The notes beneath the pieces were generated by a model. It saw nothing but the letters and a program-made list of their open reading frames with translations, made no database searches and had not been told where the DNA came from. Position numbers and translations under genes: made by a program. From positions 71,796,001 through 71,860,000 of the forward strand of contig NC_043009.1 in NCBI RefSeq assembly GCF_006345805.1: DNA of 64,000 nucleotides, in the 5' to 3' direction. Below, piece after piece: positions 12,484 through 26,580 of the stretch (the first letter of the stretch is position 1; every line of letters starts with the position of its first letter). The DNA comes from Octopus sinensis. Its lineage: Eukaryota.

Positions 12484-12949
12484 GGAAGGGTTGCATCAAG
12501 AATGGAGATGCTGTGAGATCTGTCCCACCAAAGCCAGCCAGAAGAGAGGAAAATAGAATGATGATAACAATACAGACAGACAGACAGACAGACTTGTGTG
12601 TGTGTGTTTTAAAAATCTAATGGAAACACAACAAATGGAAAACCTAACAAACAAAATTTTCCGCTAATTGCCCATCGGCTGAAATTGATGTGGCCCCTGC
12701 TCTGATCAACTCCTGTCAAACTGTCCGATCCATACCAGCAGGCAAAACGGATTTTAAGTGATGATCATCTAAATACAAATGATGATAACGATACAGGCAT
12801 GCTTATAACACCAACCACTTTACAGAGTGTAATGGCTGCTTTTTACGTTGCTCTGGGTGTGTGTGTGTATGTACATATGTATGCATGAATGTATGTATGT
12901 AGTATGTATTCTCATGCATATATTTGCATATCTAATCATGCTCATATAT

Positions 12950-13920
12950 AATTAAATGCTAAGCTTCTGGAAAGTTTTACAAACAGTTCCAGTGATGGAT
13001 TGGATCTGTCGTCTTCGAGTTAGCTTTCTCCTTTCTAGTTTTGAGAAGCCTAATTTCTCAAGATTGGTATTTAGGCAGTGTATTACATATCCCAGTGCCC
13101 TAATAATTACAGATATAAACCTGGACCTGTAATCTGGATAGAGTAACTGCAGATTTCTCAAATAGTTCAGCATAGGTGTTCTCTTTTTCACTGATCTTCA
13201 GTTTTATGTTAACATCCATTGGGCAGCTAATTTCCACAACTGTACGCAGTTTCTCTTCTATATCCCTAATCATTATATCAGGTATGTTGTGCTTACATTT
13301 TATTGAGGTCTTCACTGATACATTCCAACAGCACCCCTTTTTATTATAAGTGGCTGTGGCTTCTGTCATATTGTGGGCTTTTATTTCATTGTCCTCGGGA
13401 TTATCCTTCCGACGGATTTCATTATAGAGTGTCTTAGCTACAACATCATGTCTCATCGGTAGATATAACTATGATGACATTTTCAGACAACTTCTTATGA
13501 TGTGGGTGATATCTTTAGTGTGAACTCCACAAATTTGCATTGGTTGTCACATTTTACTGTTTTTCCTGCATCTCTATCCCTTTTGTACATCAGGTACTTG
13601 GTTGATATTTCCTGTTCCTGAATTGCAAATGTATACCCTTCAAAGTGGGAGGTAGTAATCTAGCTATTCGTCCATGATAAACTGCTTTGATGATCGATGT
13701 TACTATCATCTCGGAGCTTTCTACTCACATATCCATGCATAGTCTTCTGCTCATATAAGCTCATCCTTTCATCTAATGATACTTTGCGGTAGAGTTGTGT
13801 GACTTCTTTGGGCATGAATTCTAGGTTATCAGACAAAGAGCGTTGCTCAAGGAGCTGCCGTCCAAGTCTTATGATGTTATCAGCCTCAGGTATGTAAACT
13901 TAGTCAAAGATGCACTTTGA
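12950..13920 (-). mobile_element. 5'-truncated RLE-type non-LTR retrotransposon (R2 group, R4/Dong-like), decayed
   Basis: MHG.., FAIQEQEISTKY, CCHC remnant (THIIRSC), RHDVVAK, PD..I..VEISCPMD.N..K..EKE restriction-like endonuclease motifs, frameshifted. Confidence 0.85.
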
Positions 13921-15534
13921 CACTTGGTGGTTAGAAGATGTTGCCAAAGGAATATGTATGTATGTATGTACCTGTGTGTATGCATGTATGTATGTATGCA
14001 TGTATTTGTGCATGTATGTATGTATTGCAACCTGTTTGCATGTAGTTCTATGCCAGAAGACTACAATAAAAAATAACAAGTTTTGGATCAGAAATTAATT
14101 CTGTTTTTACCTGCTTCAATTCCACGAACTGTCAGGTGTGCAGCATTGTCAGGGTTATTAGTTTGTTAATTTGAAGTAAGAAAAGGCAGCTTCTCACATT
14201 TGGTGTTGGTGAATGCAAAGTGGTGGGTCTAGAATAGAAGCAGCACATAGATTTACAATAGTCGTATCAAGTGTGTGTGTGTATGCAATGTGGCATTGGT
14301 TGCAAAACATGGTGGGAAGTTGGAGGCTTTCTCCAAAGGGGTTCGGCTCCTGGAACCATCATTATTGTGTGGTAAATTCTGCAAAGTTGGTGGGACTCAT
14401 CTTGGCAAAGAACCAAAAGGATGACTGTAGTTTGGAAGGAAAGGTAGTTAGAGGGCAGTCGAATGCACAGAATGGTTCTTTATGATTTGGTTTGTAGTGT
14501 GTTGCAGGTGTTGTCTTTCTAGATAAATGGTACCCAGCTCTTGAAGGAACTGAGGGTATTTCTCCTGACATTGTGTTCTATAAAGAACAAGCAACATTTT
14601 AGGGACAACAAAAATGCTCTTGCCGTTGTTGAAGGAATTTATTTAAAATTTTAATAAGCAATTTGGCATCGTTAGCTCTAACAGGAGAACTTGAAGCTGA
14701 GCAGAGGTCATAGAATTGACTTCCAAATAAAAGAAACTCCCTCAGAATCCTTTTGGCATCTGTTTTCAGATTATAGACACAGTCAGCTTACCATTTATTT
14801 ATGTTCTAACCTAGAGATAAAATTTAAATGATGGGAGAGATATCCAGGTTATCAGAGCTACAGAAGTTGACATGAATCATAATCTGATATTCAAAGTAAG
14901 ACTCAAAATTAGAAATTAGAATTTTCAATGCTTCAAATAATTTGATGTTGCAAAGTTTAACAAAATCTCTGTCAGGCGAGAGTTACACGAAGACTTGAAT
15001 TCTTCAGAAGATGCCACTGAAGGGAACATCTTCAAAGAAAATGTTTTCACTGAATTTCAAAACAAGTATTTAAGAGTTACAAAGTTTAAAAACACGAATC
15101 TGTTTGGTAAATAAATATAAAGCTTCTTTTTCTGGGAAAAAAAAAAAAACTGTCAAAATAGAAATTATCAGCACAACATAAAGTTGATAAATGTAGAAAA
15201 GAAAATGAGAAATGGTGGAGATAAGTGGAAGAAAATATGAACCATAAGAGGAAGATGTGTAGTTAATGTTGTTTAAATTGCAATGGGAAGCCTTGTTTCT
15301 GGGTTAGAAACCAGCTCATTTTTTTTTTATTGTTGAGGAATTTTAAAAATAAAACCAGAACGTGTTTCTTTTCGTCTCTCATAAAACATCCCCCCCCCAC
15401 ACAACCAATTCCCAATGCTTTTTATCTGCTTTTTCTCTTTTTTAATCCTTTCTTCACCCACAAAACTCATCTTCACCTTTTACATAAAAATCAAGGAACT
15501 CTTTTTCATTTTTCTCATTTACTCACACTATTTT

Positions 15535-15539
<5 letters not shown>

Positions 15540-15576
<37 letters not shown>

Positions 15577-15611
15577 CAATCTCTCTTCCTCTCTCTCTCT
15601 CTCTCAAACAA

Positions 15612-15653
<42 letters not shown>

Positions 15654-15720
15654 CAATCTCTCTTCCTCTCTCTCTCTCTCTCTCTCAAACAATCTCTCCT
15701 CCTCCTCTCTCTCTTTCTCT
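15540..15720. repeat. Higher-order repeat: (CT)n-CAAACAAT unit x4
   Basis: CAAACAAT at ~15573, 15605, 15650 and 15686, separated by (CT)n. Confidence 0.9.
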
Positions 15721-16063
15721 CTCCCTTCTACCCAATCCCCCGCCCCCTCAGTTTCTTTATAAAACTCCAACTGAAATGGTAGTTAAAAATGAAAAATAAA
15801 AGAAAAGAATGGAATTTCTTTCTTCTTTTCCATTGGAACATCATCAGAATGTTTGCCTGACACAATTTTATCTCCTTAAAAATAACTGCTTTACTGAAAC
15901 AGATTATATAAATATATATAATCTGGTTTTTCAAGAGTGGTTTCTGTGTGTGTGTGTGTGTGTTATGTTCTTGTGTTATGTAATGAAGTAAAAAGTTTAG
16001 CAAACTCAACTTGTCTTTTTTACAAACTATTAAATCTACAACTTCTCAAAATGAACAAACCAA

Positions 16064-16119
<56 letters not shown>

Positions 16120-16292
16120 ATAATAATAATAATAATAATAATAATAGGCCCAACCAGGAAAGTATTTAATAGTTGAAAAAGAAAACAGGTAGCATGGTAC
16201 CATAGGCTGCAAGTAGCAAGCCCACAAAACATGAAAGACTACAGGAGTTCCAAGAAAATCTAAGTTTAATAATAGTGATGATGATGATGATG

Positions 16293-16324
<32 letters not shown>

Positions 16325-16423
16325 CTCTTTACTAAGCTACAAAGGCTTGAAGAAATAGAAAATATATAATGAACATTAAATGGAAGTGGTTGGGACTTAG
16401 AAAACATGTTGGGTGAGACAAAA

Positions 16424-16465
<42 letters not shown>

Positions 16466-17284
16466 TAATTAAAAAAGCAAAAAAGTATTTTAATTTTTAC
16501 AATAAGTAAATACACAGAAATAAACGAAAATTCTGATAAAATACAGAATAATTGAAATAATTTACAATTAAACAGGGAATAAAGCATGCAAACCTTTACG
16601 GGTCCCCATTGAAATATTGGCTAGATTGGGTCCGAGAGCCCCACATTGCTACCTGCCAACCATTGTTCATGATGCTGTCTTGTGCACCTGGAGGTACCTA
16701 AAATTGCTCTTTGTGTTGGCTGGGGCAGAGTACAACCCATGGCATCAGGATTCTTCTGTTTCTCATTGGAATATCTTTGAAATGTTTTCAACGACCACCT
16801 GTCCTTTGAAATTCTGAAATTGATGTTTGGCAATGTTCACTCCTCCCTCTCTCTCTCTCTCTCTCCTCCCTCCACACACACACACCCAAAGCTAGACATT
16901 CCTGAGTGTATGTCCCTGAATGGTTTGTTCTAGAATTGTGAGATCAAAACCTAAGCAATTCCTTCATCCTCTGTAAACGTAAACCATTCCAAAACAGTCC
17001 AAACAGTTACATCCTCGTTTTCCGTGGTCACTACTGTTGCTATTATTGCTACTGCTACTACGAAATATCAAAGTCACTCCCTGGTCACTGGTGCTACAGT
17101 TGTAGAGTTCACCATTATTTCTGTGAAGAATCAGACACCAAGTTGTAGAACAGACGTCAGACAAAATACTTTGAGACTCAACAACACATATGCTTGTGTG
17201 TGTGTGCGTGTGTGTGTATCCGTGCTAGCTCCAACCCATGCTAGCATGGAAAACGGACGTTAAACGATGATGATGATGATGATG

Positions 17285-17329
<45 letters not shown>

Positions 17330-17338
17330 GATAGATAT

Positions 17339-17747
17339 AGTCTTATGAAGAAAGGCTGAAGACGCTCGACCTTTATTCTCTCGAAAAACGACGATACCGT
17401 GGAGATCTCATTCTTGCTCACAACATCATAAGCGGAAAGTGTAACCTCTCGAAAGAGCTGTTCTTCACTCCTGCTCCAGAGCGTCGGCTGTGGGGTCATT
17501 CCGAAAAGCTCTATCTGCGACGATTTCATCTCAATCGAAGGAGAGGGGCTTTCTCCGTCCGGGTTGCGGATCCGTGGAATAAGCTGCCAGACAATATGGT
17601 GAAGATGCCGACGACCGCTCGGTTCAAAGTCTCCCTTGACCTCAAGTGGCTTGAACTTTTTACATGAACACCACCCTGTACATAACTCCATGTCCCCCTA
17701 CATGGCCTTGCTTTTTGCTTTTTGAGCCAAAAAATTAACTAACTAAC
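17339..17747 (+). mobile_element. CR1-clade LINE 3' fragment
   Basis: SYEERLKTLDLYSLEKRR.RGDLI...WNKLP, stop 17665-17667; near-identical by eye to 32388-32790; (CTAA)n tail. Confidence 0.92.
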
Positions 17748-17765
17748 AGATAGATAGATAGATAT

Positions 17766-20652
17766 GTTTCTTTATTAGCCACACAGGGCTGCACACAGAC
17801 AGGACAAATTACAAGGTAGAGCTTTTCTTTTGGGGGTAAAAAAAAGAGGGTTTGGTTTTCGATCAAAAGGGATCGTAAAAGGAGAGAAAGAGGACAATAA
17901 AAAGGGGGAGGGACAAAAAAAAAGGGGAAAAGGAAAAAAATCGATCAATAGGGATCGTTATCACAGAAATGTCAATGTAAAGTGTAAAGAGGAGGACAGG
18001 TGAGGTTTACCCGTGGAAAGAAAAGCCTAAGGAATAGACCACGGTAACCTCGGTCAATGAAGTCACATGTTATATTTTTTTTTTTTTACAAATAAGCAAC
18101 TCTGTATTAATATTTACGGTTCATAGGATCATAGTCAAGGTGGCTTTGTCATTCATACGTGCCATCCTTGCTACATTCACCCATCTTTTTTTAAAACATT
18201 CACTAGACAAAACTTGCCTCTCTACTCTCACTTTCCTCTTCAAGTGATACTTGAAGAAGTTGATGAGAGATTGACCAGAGAGGAAAGTGTTTGTCTCTAA
18301 TCCTTTCAGGCACGTCCACCAGATACATTCTTTCGCCATAGCCACAAGTATGATAAAAATAGCTCTCCCTTCCCGTTTGAAGGAAGGAGGCATGACAATA
18401 TTAATGATAGATTCGACTGATAAACCGACACGTCCCACACATGACAGCAGTCGTTCGACATAAGCCCACAGGTCGGAGATTGTTGGACACTGCACGATTG
18501 CGTGCAGAGCGGTTTCGTCGCTCTGCCCCTATCTCAGGCAGGTCGGCCCCGTGTTTCTCGAGCCATGCCTATAGAGCTTATCCCGAACGGGTAGCACTTC
18601 TCGGTAGCACTGCCAGGCCAGGGATCTCTGGAACTTGTCCATAGGTCCCAGCCCGAAAGTCGTTTCAAACAGGCGGGTCAGGTATTCCTCGTCGATGCCC
18701 AGGTTTGCCCCAAGATCGTCGTTGTACCTCCCCTCCACTAATCCCCTATAGAATGCTTTGGTTGTGTTGAAGTCACTCAAGGTCGACCCGGGACGGCATA
18801 GTTGTTTGAGAGCAACGCGACACTCGTGGTGCCATTCGCCCTTCCTCGGCCTCTTTTTGATCCACGACTGCAGTTCGGTCATGGAGACAAGCTGCATGCC
18901 TCACAAACAGCGACCACTGTTCACCATCGTCTACATAGAGCTGGAGATGTCGCAGTCTCAGCGCGTGTCTGCGCATCATCAACCACAGCATGCCCAGCCC
19001 TCCTTTTAACGGGTGTTGACAGCAAATGGATCGCCTGACCATCGGGACGCATCCTTTCCACAAGAAGCAGAAGAGAATGCGTTCTAGTTTGGTGATGGTA
19101 GGGTCGGGACAAGGTACAACGGTCAGGCGATAGTAGATGATGGATGCGATGTACGTGTTTGCCACCTCCGCCCGACCTTTTAGGGACAGTTTCCTCTCGG
19201 CCCATTGCTGGGCGAGAGTGACCACCCTACTCATTATCTCGTTCCAGTTCTTCTTCCAGACCCCAAGCAACTCAACCAGGCCGCCCGTCCAGCGTCCCAC
19301 GACGGAGGTACTGGTGGACGGCATGGGCTTGCTTCTCCAGGTGCCGAGCCGCAAGCCCACTGACTTTTCCCGGTTGATTTTTGCTCCTGTCACCGCTTCG
19401 TAGTCTTTCAGTGTCTCGCTGACCAGCTCGATGTGCTAGTGGCTTGACACTATGACGGTGACGTCGTCCGCGTATGCAGACATGCTCGTCCCGCATCCCA
19501 ATTCTCGCAGGATGCCCCTCAGAGTCGCCAGCTTCCTCAGTAGTGGCTCGAGAGTCAATATGTATAGAAGCGACGAGAGGAGGCATCCCTGACAGACCGA
19601 ACGTGCAATGTCGAAAGGTCTCGATAGATGTCCATTTACACGAATTACCGAACGGATGCCTCTGTACAAGGCAGCTATCCAGCTGCGGAAGACGGGACCG
19701 AAACCAGCCGCTCTCAGGACTGCCTCCAAGTATCGATGGTTTACCCTATCGAAGGCTTTCGATTGATCCAAATTGATCAGGGCCCCACCCATGCCAGGTT
19801 CCTTAACTACTCTGTCTATGATGTAGCGCATCAGATGGAGGTTGTGATGGATGATCCGGCCTGGCATGGCACACGTTTGTGCCTTGTCGACCAGTTTCTC
19901 GATGACAAGCGCCAACCTCTTGACTAACACCTTGGTCAAAATTTTCAGGTCTGCATTGAGCAGAGTGATTGGTCTAAAGTTATCTATAATGTCCCCCTTG
20001 TTTGGATCTTTCTTCAGCAGCATTACGGCTCCTCGACTCACAAAACCGGGTATGCTCCCGTTTTGCTGCCAGTTGCAGTATACCGCTGCCAAGACATCTC
20101 CAAACAAGTCTGGCATACAATTGTAAAACTCGTAGGGCAGACCATCCAAACCCGGCGATTTGTCTCTCGAGCATTCTGCCATTGCGTCCCGCACATCCTC
20201 TGCCGAGAGTCGTGGTAGGCTGTGCAGGTAGGCACTGAAGTCCACCCTGCGTTCACGCTCGCCACTCATCCCGTACAGTCGGGCAAAGTGCCGCTGAAAT
20301 GCCTCGCACATCTTGCTGGGCTCGAGCAATTCGCGCCCTTGTTCATCTACCAGAGACCGAATGGTGGCTTTGTTGCCCTGCTGCGCCTCCACCACCCGGG
20401 CCTCCCTCGCGACTCCAACACCTTCCATCCTTAGAGCACGCATCCTAGCCCTGACAGCACACCCTTCGTGTTTGGCGTTGAAGTGTTGGTCAAGGGCCAA
20501 CCTCGCCGCTAAAACGTTGGATGTGATGCCGCTTCATATTGCCTCTTCTAACTTCTTAACTAACTCACCCTCTACTCTATTTCTATCTACGGCTAGTGCC
20601 TTGCTATATCTAATTGCTGCCACTTTTACTGCTCTCTTGAGGGCGAACCACC
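17766..20652 (-). mobile_element. 5'-truncated Tx1/L1-clade LINE (RT + CCHC), disrupted
   Basis: NFRPITLLNADLKIL, LDQSKAFDRV, QGC.LS.LLY, YADD, C..C...ET.LHAIVQC; in-frame TAG at 19436-19438; AATAAA near the 3' end; 14-bp (GATA)n TSD. Confidence 0.93.
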
Positions 20653-20976
20653 ATAGATAGATAGATGTATATTCCAAGATGATAATAATAAAATAAGCTT
20701 AGTCAAATTGTGTATTTAATTGTTAATATGATTGATGTGATGGTATTGTGATGTAATTTTTATTAGCAGCACAACAACAACAACAACAACAAAACTGAAA
20801 AAGAAAGGGACAGACATAGACATGAATAAACTTTGATCTCTTGCATTATATAACCATTACACACATACACACATATATATATATATATATATGCCTATGC
20901 TCATCTATACATAACGTTCATGAGAGTTGGTAGGTTTTGAAAAGATTAGCTAACCATATTCATTTGAGAGCAGTCT

Positions 20977-21077
<101 letters not shown>

Positions 21078-21699
21078 CCCTGCTTTCAGAGCTAACCAGA
21101 GCTGGGTGAAAGGCAAAGCTAACACTGGTGTAATTTGAACTCAGAATGTAATGCCTCATTACTAGACACTTTACAAGGCCTTTTAAATAGGAATTTCTAA
21201 AAGAAAAGTCACCAATCTTTTCTTCGTCCAACTTCCCTGGGAAAATGAAATGTAAAGTTTTCCTCAGTCGAAACTGAACTCAGAATATAAAAAGACAAAA
21301 CATATCAAACAAGTTGCATTCTTTTCTAAATCATTTTTATTTTCTAGAATTTAAAGTTGTTTATTTATTAGAGTCACTTTGCTTGTTTTTAGATTTTGAA
21401 ACACTGCAGAGGGAGTTTTTTTTTCAAATTAAAATATTTATAATCTCAGTTGATCAAGGTTTTCAACTCACTATGTTACATCTATATGATATACCTGTAT
21501 TTTAACTTATTTTTCCCTCAGCCTTATTCTAGCAACCAAGCATTTTTTCCATTTCCCTACCATTTCTGTCATCAGCTTCTCTTTACATACACTTTTTTCC
21601 AAAAACCTTTCCACTTTATGTAACCAGATATTGTAATGTCTCCATCCTTTGATGCCTCTGTGGCAAATAAAAGAGTGCAATATATAATACCGTGAGGTT

Positions 21700-22470
21700 G
21701 TTGAGTGAAGATATTGGGTCTACCGGGGGTTTGTACTGTTTGTCAACTCGCAACAAGAACTTCAGACAGACACTACTTTACGCAATACATGTGCAGTTCC
21801 AAGTAATGCTGACTTTTGCAATACACCTAGATTATAGGCTATTTCTGAAGTTTCCAGATATTTCTTCAGGTTGAGAGGTATTGAACCCAATGCTCCAATG
21901 ACAATAGGGATAACCTTTATGTTTGACTCTCGTAGCTGCCACATCTTGCTGATCTCAATTCTCAGCTCTCCATATCTATCAACCTTTTCTCTTTCTTTCA
22001 TGATGAGATGTTGATCTCTTGGCACTGCCACGTCAATTATCAGGCACTCTTGTCTGTCCCTCCTAAAGGCTAATACATCTGACCTTTGGATTTTTGCCTT
22101 CCCCTTTTCCTCCATTACCTTTTCCAGTGAATGTTGATACCAACCAGCCGTAACCTCATATCCATACTTACGGCATAGCAGCCAGTGGAGGTTTTGGGCC
22201 ATCTTGTCATATCTATGCTTGTACTCCTGCTGCACAAAACTTTCACAAGCACTAACAATGTGAGTCACACTTTCGACCCTCTTCCCACACATTCTGTACA
22301 GGTTCGTTGCACTTGTGTGGTATATATTCTTTATCACTGAATTGGTATTCAATACCTGGTCCTGGGCCACGTTGATTGGGCTTTTAGTAGAATCTTTTTT
22401 TAGGTCACCCTTGTTGAATCACCTCCATGATGCTTCCTGGTCTTTTAACTTGTTGGAAATGACCAATTCC
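21700..22470 (-). mobile_element. 5'-truncated R4/Dong-clade non-LTR retrotransposon (CCHC + RLE)
   Basis: ORF 21762-22370: AQDQ.L.T, R.C....E...HIVSAC, IIDVAVP.D...KE.EK..RY..L..EI..W, IPIVIGALG. Confidence 0.9.

Positions 22471-22555
<85 letters not shown>
22471..22555. repeat. (TAT)n microsatellite (SINE family C tail on the minus strand)
   Basis: Direct reading; adjoins ggtttgaaattttg..caaggccagcaattt. Confidence 0.9.
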
Positions 22556-23075
22556 GGTTTGAAATTTTGAAACAAGGCCAGCAATTTGGGGGGAGGGTGT
22601 AAGTCTGACCAAGATCATCTTTGCTTTTCAATCTTCTGGAGTTGTTAATCTAAAGTGTACCAGTCATCTATTGGGGTTGATACACTCAACTGTTCTTCCT
22701 TCCCTGAAATTATTGGCCCTCTACCCATATGAGAAATATTATTATAACTGTTATTTAGAAGTCATCTTTATTATTACAATTATTAGATATTGCGCCTTCC
22801 CCAAAAGCCCCTCAAACTCTATGTTCTTCTCTACAGGAAGAAGAGGGAGAAAGGGGTGGGGAACGTATTCATCTTAGCCTTGACTCCCTACATTTAGGAA
22901 ATGATTTATTTATTTATTTATATTATAATTTATTTCTTCAGTAGACAAACCAAAAGAGGTCCTTAGGGAAGAAATTGGGTTAGATTGCAAGTCAGCAGGC
23001 AAAGAGAGCTGGTAAGGAAATCCTTCCTTCTGTTTCTTCCAACTGTGACCATTAATACCACAGACTATAGTGTGT

Positions 23076-23112
<37 letters not shown>

Positions 23113-24417
23113 TGCTCTACTTTCTCTTTCTTTCATTTCACACACATACACACTCTCACTCTTGTAAGCTCTCTCACAAGCAAGCACCCACATACTTGGG
23201 CATGCATGCCCTCTCTTATAAGCTCCCATTCTCACCCGCACACACACACACACACTTATAGCAGAATTAATGGGATTTTGTCTGAGACTTATGGAATTAA
23301 ATCACCTCACTTCCTTTACATAAATATTTTTGTTTCAAAAAATGTTGTTGTGGCTGTTGTTAGAGAAGTGGAAGATAAAAATGGTAAAGTTCCCGGCCAA
23401 AGAGCCAGTAGTGAGAGAAATGCTAACATGATTGATCAAATAGAGTATTCGATTTTGTTCTCGTATATTTCTGAGTTCAGATCTCACCATTTACCCTGCT
23501 GAGATAGTACCAGACTTGAACTGGGATCGATTTCAGCTGCTAAATCTCATTTTTCTTACAAATTCACACCCAACAAATTCTCTCTTTTGTATAATTAGAG
23601 TGGTGAGTGCTACAGAGCAAAACCCAAGAAAGAGATAAGGTTTCAATTCCCAGTTGGAGCTTTTTCGTTTCATTTACAGGAAAACAATCAAACATCTCAA
23701 CATCCCATTTCTACCCCTTTAAAGGGGCCTAGTCCAGATAACTTTATTATCTTAGGTGCAAGCATGACCCTGTGGTAAAGAAGTTTGCTTTGCAATCCCA
23801 TGGTTCTGGATTCAATCTCATTTTGTGGCCCTTTAAGTATCTTCTCCCATAGCCTTGGGTTGACCAAAGTCTTGTCAGTGAAATTAGGTCATGGGAAAGC
23901 GTGTGTGTGTGTGTGTGTGTAGAAGAGATGGCAGAGTGAAGGTGTTGAATAAAAATACCTGGTGGTATTTGCTTGTGTCTCTGTCCTCTCAGTCAACTTT
24001 GCTTTCTTCTCACCAGAGTCAATAAAGTAAGCACTGAACCGCTAAGTCATGGGGGACATAAACACACCAACACCAAGTGGTGGTGGGAGACTAGCCTCAG
24101 ACTGACCAAAAAGTGTCTGTGGATTCTGAAGAATCCATCATGTGTGTATCTATGCGTTTGTGTGTCTATGTGTCTGTTTGTCCCCCCACCCACCCACTAC
24201 TTCACAACCGGTGTTGGTGTGTTTACATCTCCTGTAACTTAACAGTTCAGCAAAAAAGAAAATGATAAAAGAAGTTCAAGGCTTTCCAAAAAAAAATAAG
24301 TGCTGGGGTTGATTCATTCAACAAAATAACTCTTCAAGGCAGTGCTCCAGTATGGCCAGAGTCAAGTGACTGAAACGAGTAAAGGATAAACTATAAAGAT
24401 GTGTGTGTGTGTGTGTG

Positions 24418-24520
<103 letters not shown>

Positions 24521-24694
24521 TAAATATCTACTTGTATGATTTATTATAAAATTATTAAAAAAAGCAAAAAGATAAGAAAAACGTATGCTGAACCTCTTAT
24601 TTCTCCATCAAATGTTCAAGGAATCCACATAAATTAGGGGCTGTTTTGGAGTGGGGGGGGGGAAACATCTGGGTGGAGAAACAACCACATGCAC

Positions 24695-24728
<34 letters not shown>

Positions 24729-24762
24729 ATGTGTTTGTGTGTGTATGTGTTTGTGTGTGTCT

Positions 24763-24802
<40 letters not shown>

Positions 24803-25419
24803 GCATGTGATTTGCCAGATAACTAGTTGGCATCCATTCCTGCCACCTATAAAACTGATATCATCATCATCTCATCATCATCATCATCACCGTCGTTGAC
24901 ATAGTCAATGTTATCATCATTTTCATTTTCTTATAAATATCCTCCTCCTTCATCTCCCCCCCCCCCGCATTAGCTTAATCAACCTCATCAGTCTTATGTC
25001 ATCATTATAACAACAATCATCATCATCATCATCATTACTGACAGCAAACTCCTGCTTATAGGATACAATCTCTCCTTCCTCTTCTGCTCCTGGCTGATTC
25101 TGTAAAGGATGAGAAGAGAGAGAGGGGGGAGGGAGAGATAGAGAGTTGGAGGAAGAGGTGGAGGAGAGAGTGAGAGCATTATTACAACACAAACTCCCTC
25201 CATCACCATCCCCACCTCCTACTACTGACACACTCCTCTTTCATACAATTCATTCTCTCTGTCTCTTTCTCTACATCCTCCTCCTCCTCCTCACTCTCTT
25301 GAAGGCAGGTGGAAACCAAATTACTTGATGATGGGGATGGAGCGTCCAGATTCTTCAGTAATTAATGCCTAAACAGATAAGAATCAAAACCCCTCTTCCT
25401 CATCTACCCCCATTACACA

Positions 25420-25485
<66 letters not shown>

Positions 25486-25832
25486 CTTGCCAAATTTTTT
25501 AAATAATTCCCTAATAGACAAATATTTCTGCTTGTGGCCTTCCTTCTTCTGTGAAGTCTCTGACAGATGATGGCAAAGAACTTCGTTCCACGCACCTCAA
25601 CCCAAACTAAAAAATACAACAATTTTCTCTAAACATTCAACTCTGTCATTAGTTCTTCCTTGAAACTTCCCTTCTTCTTAATAAAATCAACAGCCCTTTA
25701 AGAAGCTTCCCCCTCCCTGCCACTGGCCAGGTTGATATAGGACTCAATCTGGGTGACCAGGTGCTCACCAAACTCTCTCCTACTCTAATCAGTCAGGGAT
25801 TCAACTCTCCATCCGTATTGTGGAATAAAAGT

Positions 25833-26140
25833 GAAAGCATGTGGCTTGGTGGTTAAGGTATCCAGCTTACGATCATAAGGTTGTCAGTTCAATTCCCAGT
25901 GGTGCATTGTGTCCTTGAGCAAGACACTTTATTTCACATCTACTCCAGCCCCACTCAGCTGGCAAAAATGAGTGGTACCTGTAATTCCAAAGGGGTCAGC
26001 CTTGTCACATCGAATCTCCCTGACAACTACATTAAGGGTATACGTGTCTGTGGAGTACTCAGCCACTTGCACGTTAATTTCACAAAAAGCAGGCTGTTCC
26101 ATTGATCGGATCAACTGGAACCCTCATAACCGATGGTGTG
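25833..26140 (+). mobile_element. tRNA-headed SINE family D (CORE-like body)
   Basis: A-box-like tggcttggtgg, B-box-like cagttcaattcc, tgtgtccttgagcaagacacttt; second copy at 48330. Confidence 0.8.
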
Positions 26141-26354
26141 TCACTTGTAGAATAAAGTATATTTAATACCTTGTGGAACATAAACAAAGCCTCTAACCTT
26201 GTTAACTTTACTTTACATGGCTATCACCAGGTACTTATAGACTGGTTATGGGGTCCTGCTTTGGGAGTTCCATGGTTCTGAGGGGAGGGGAATCTCCTCT
26301 TAACAATTATCATTCCCAGGTCTACTCTAACCTGAAGAATTAATTAGCATAGTG

Positions 26355-26580
26355 CCGTGGTCGGTGCCAGTGCCACCTGACTGGCTCTCATGCTGGTGGC
26401 ATGTAAAAAGCACCCACTATAGTCTCAGAGTGGTTGGTATTAGGAAGGGCATCCAGCCGTAGAAACCTTGCCAGATCAGATTGGAGCTTGGTGCAGTCTC
26501 CCGGCTTGCCAGTCCTCAGTCAAACCATCCAACTCATGCCAGCATGAAAAAAGAAGACATTAAACGATGATGATGACGAT
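26355..26580 (+). mobile_element. RTE LINE 3' end fragment
   Basis: ggtggcatgtaaaaagcacccact...gcatgaaaaa..ttaaacgatgatgatg. Confidence 0.85.

Noticed and set aside
14100-15000. Possible coding remnants
   Set aside because: Only faint LINE-endonuclease/Penelope-like hints with many stops; cannot be assigned.
22315-22602. Low-complexity ORFs (poly-Y here; poly-HT, CV, LS and RE elsewhere)
   Set aside because: Translations of microsatellites, with no splice or homology support.
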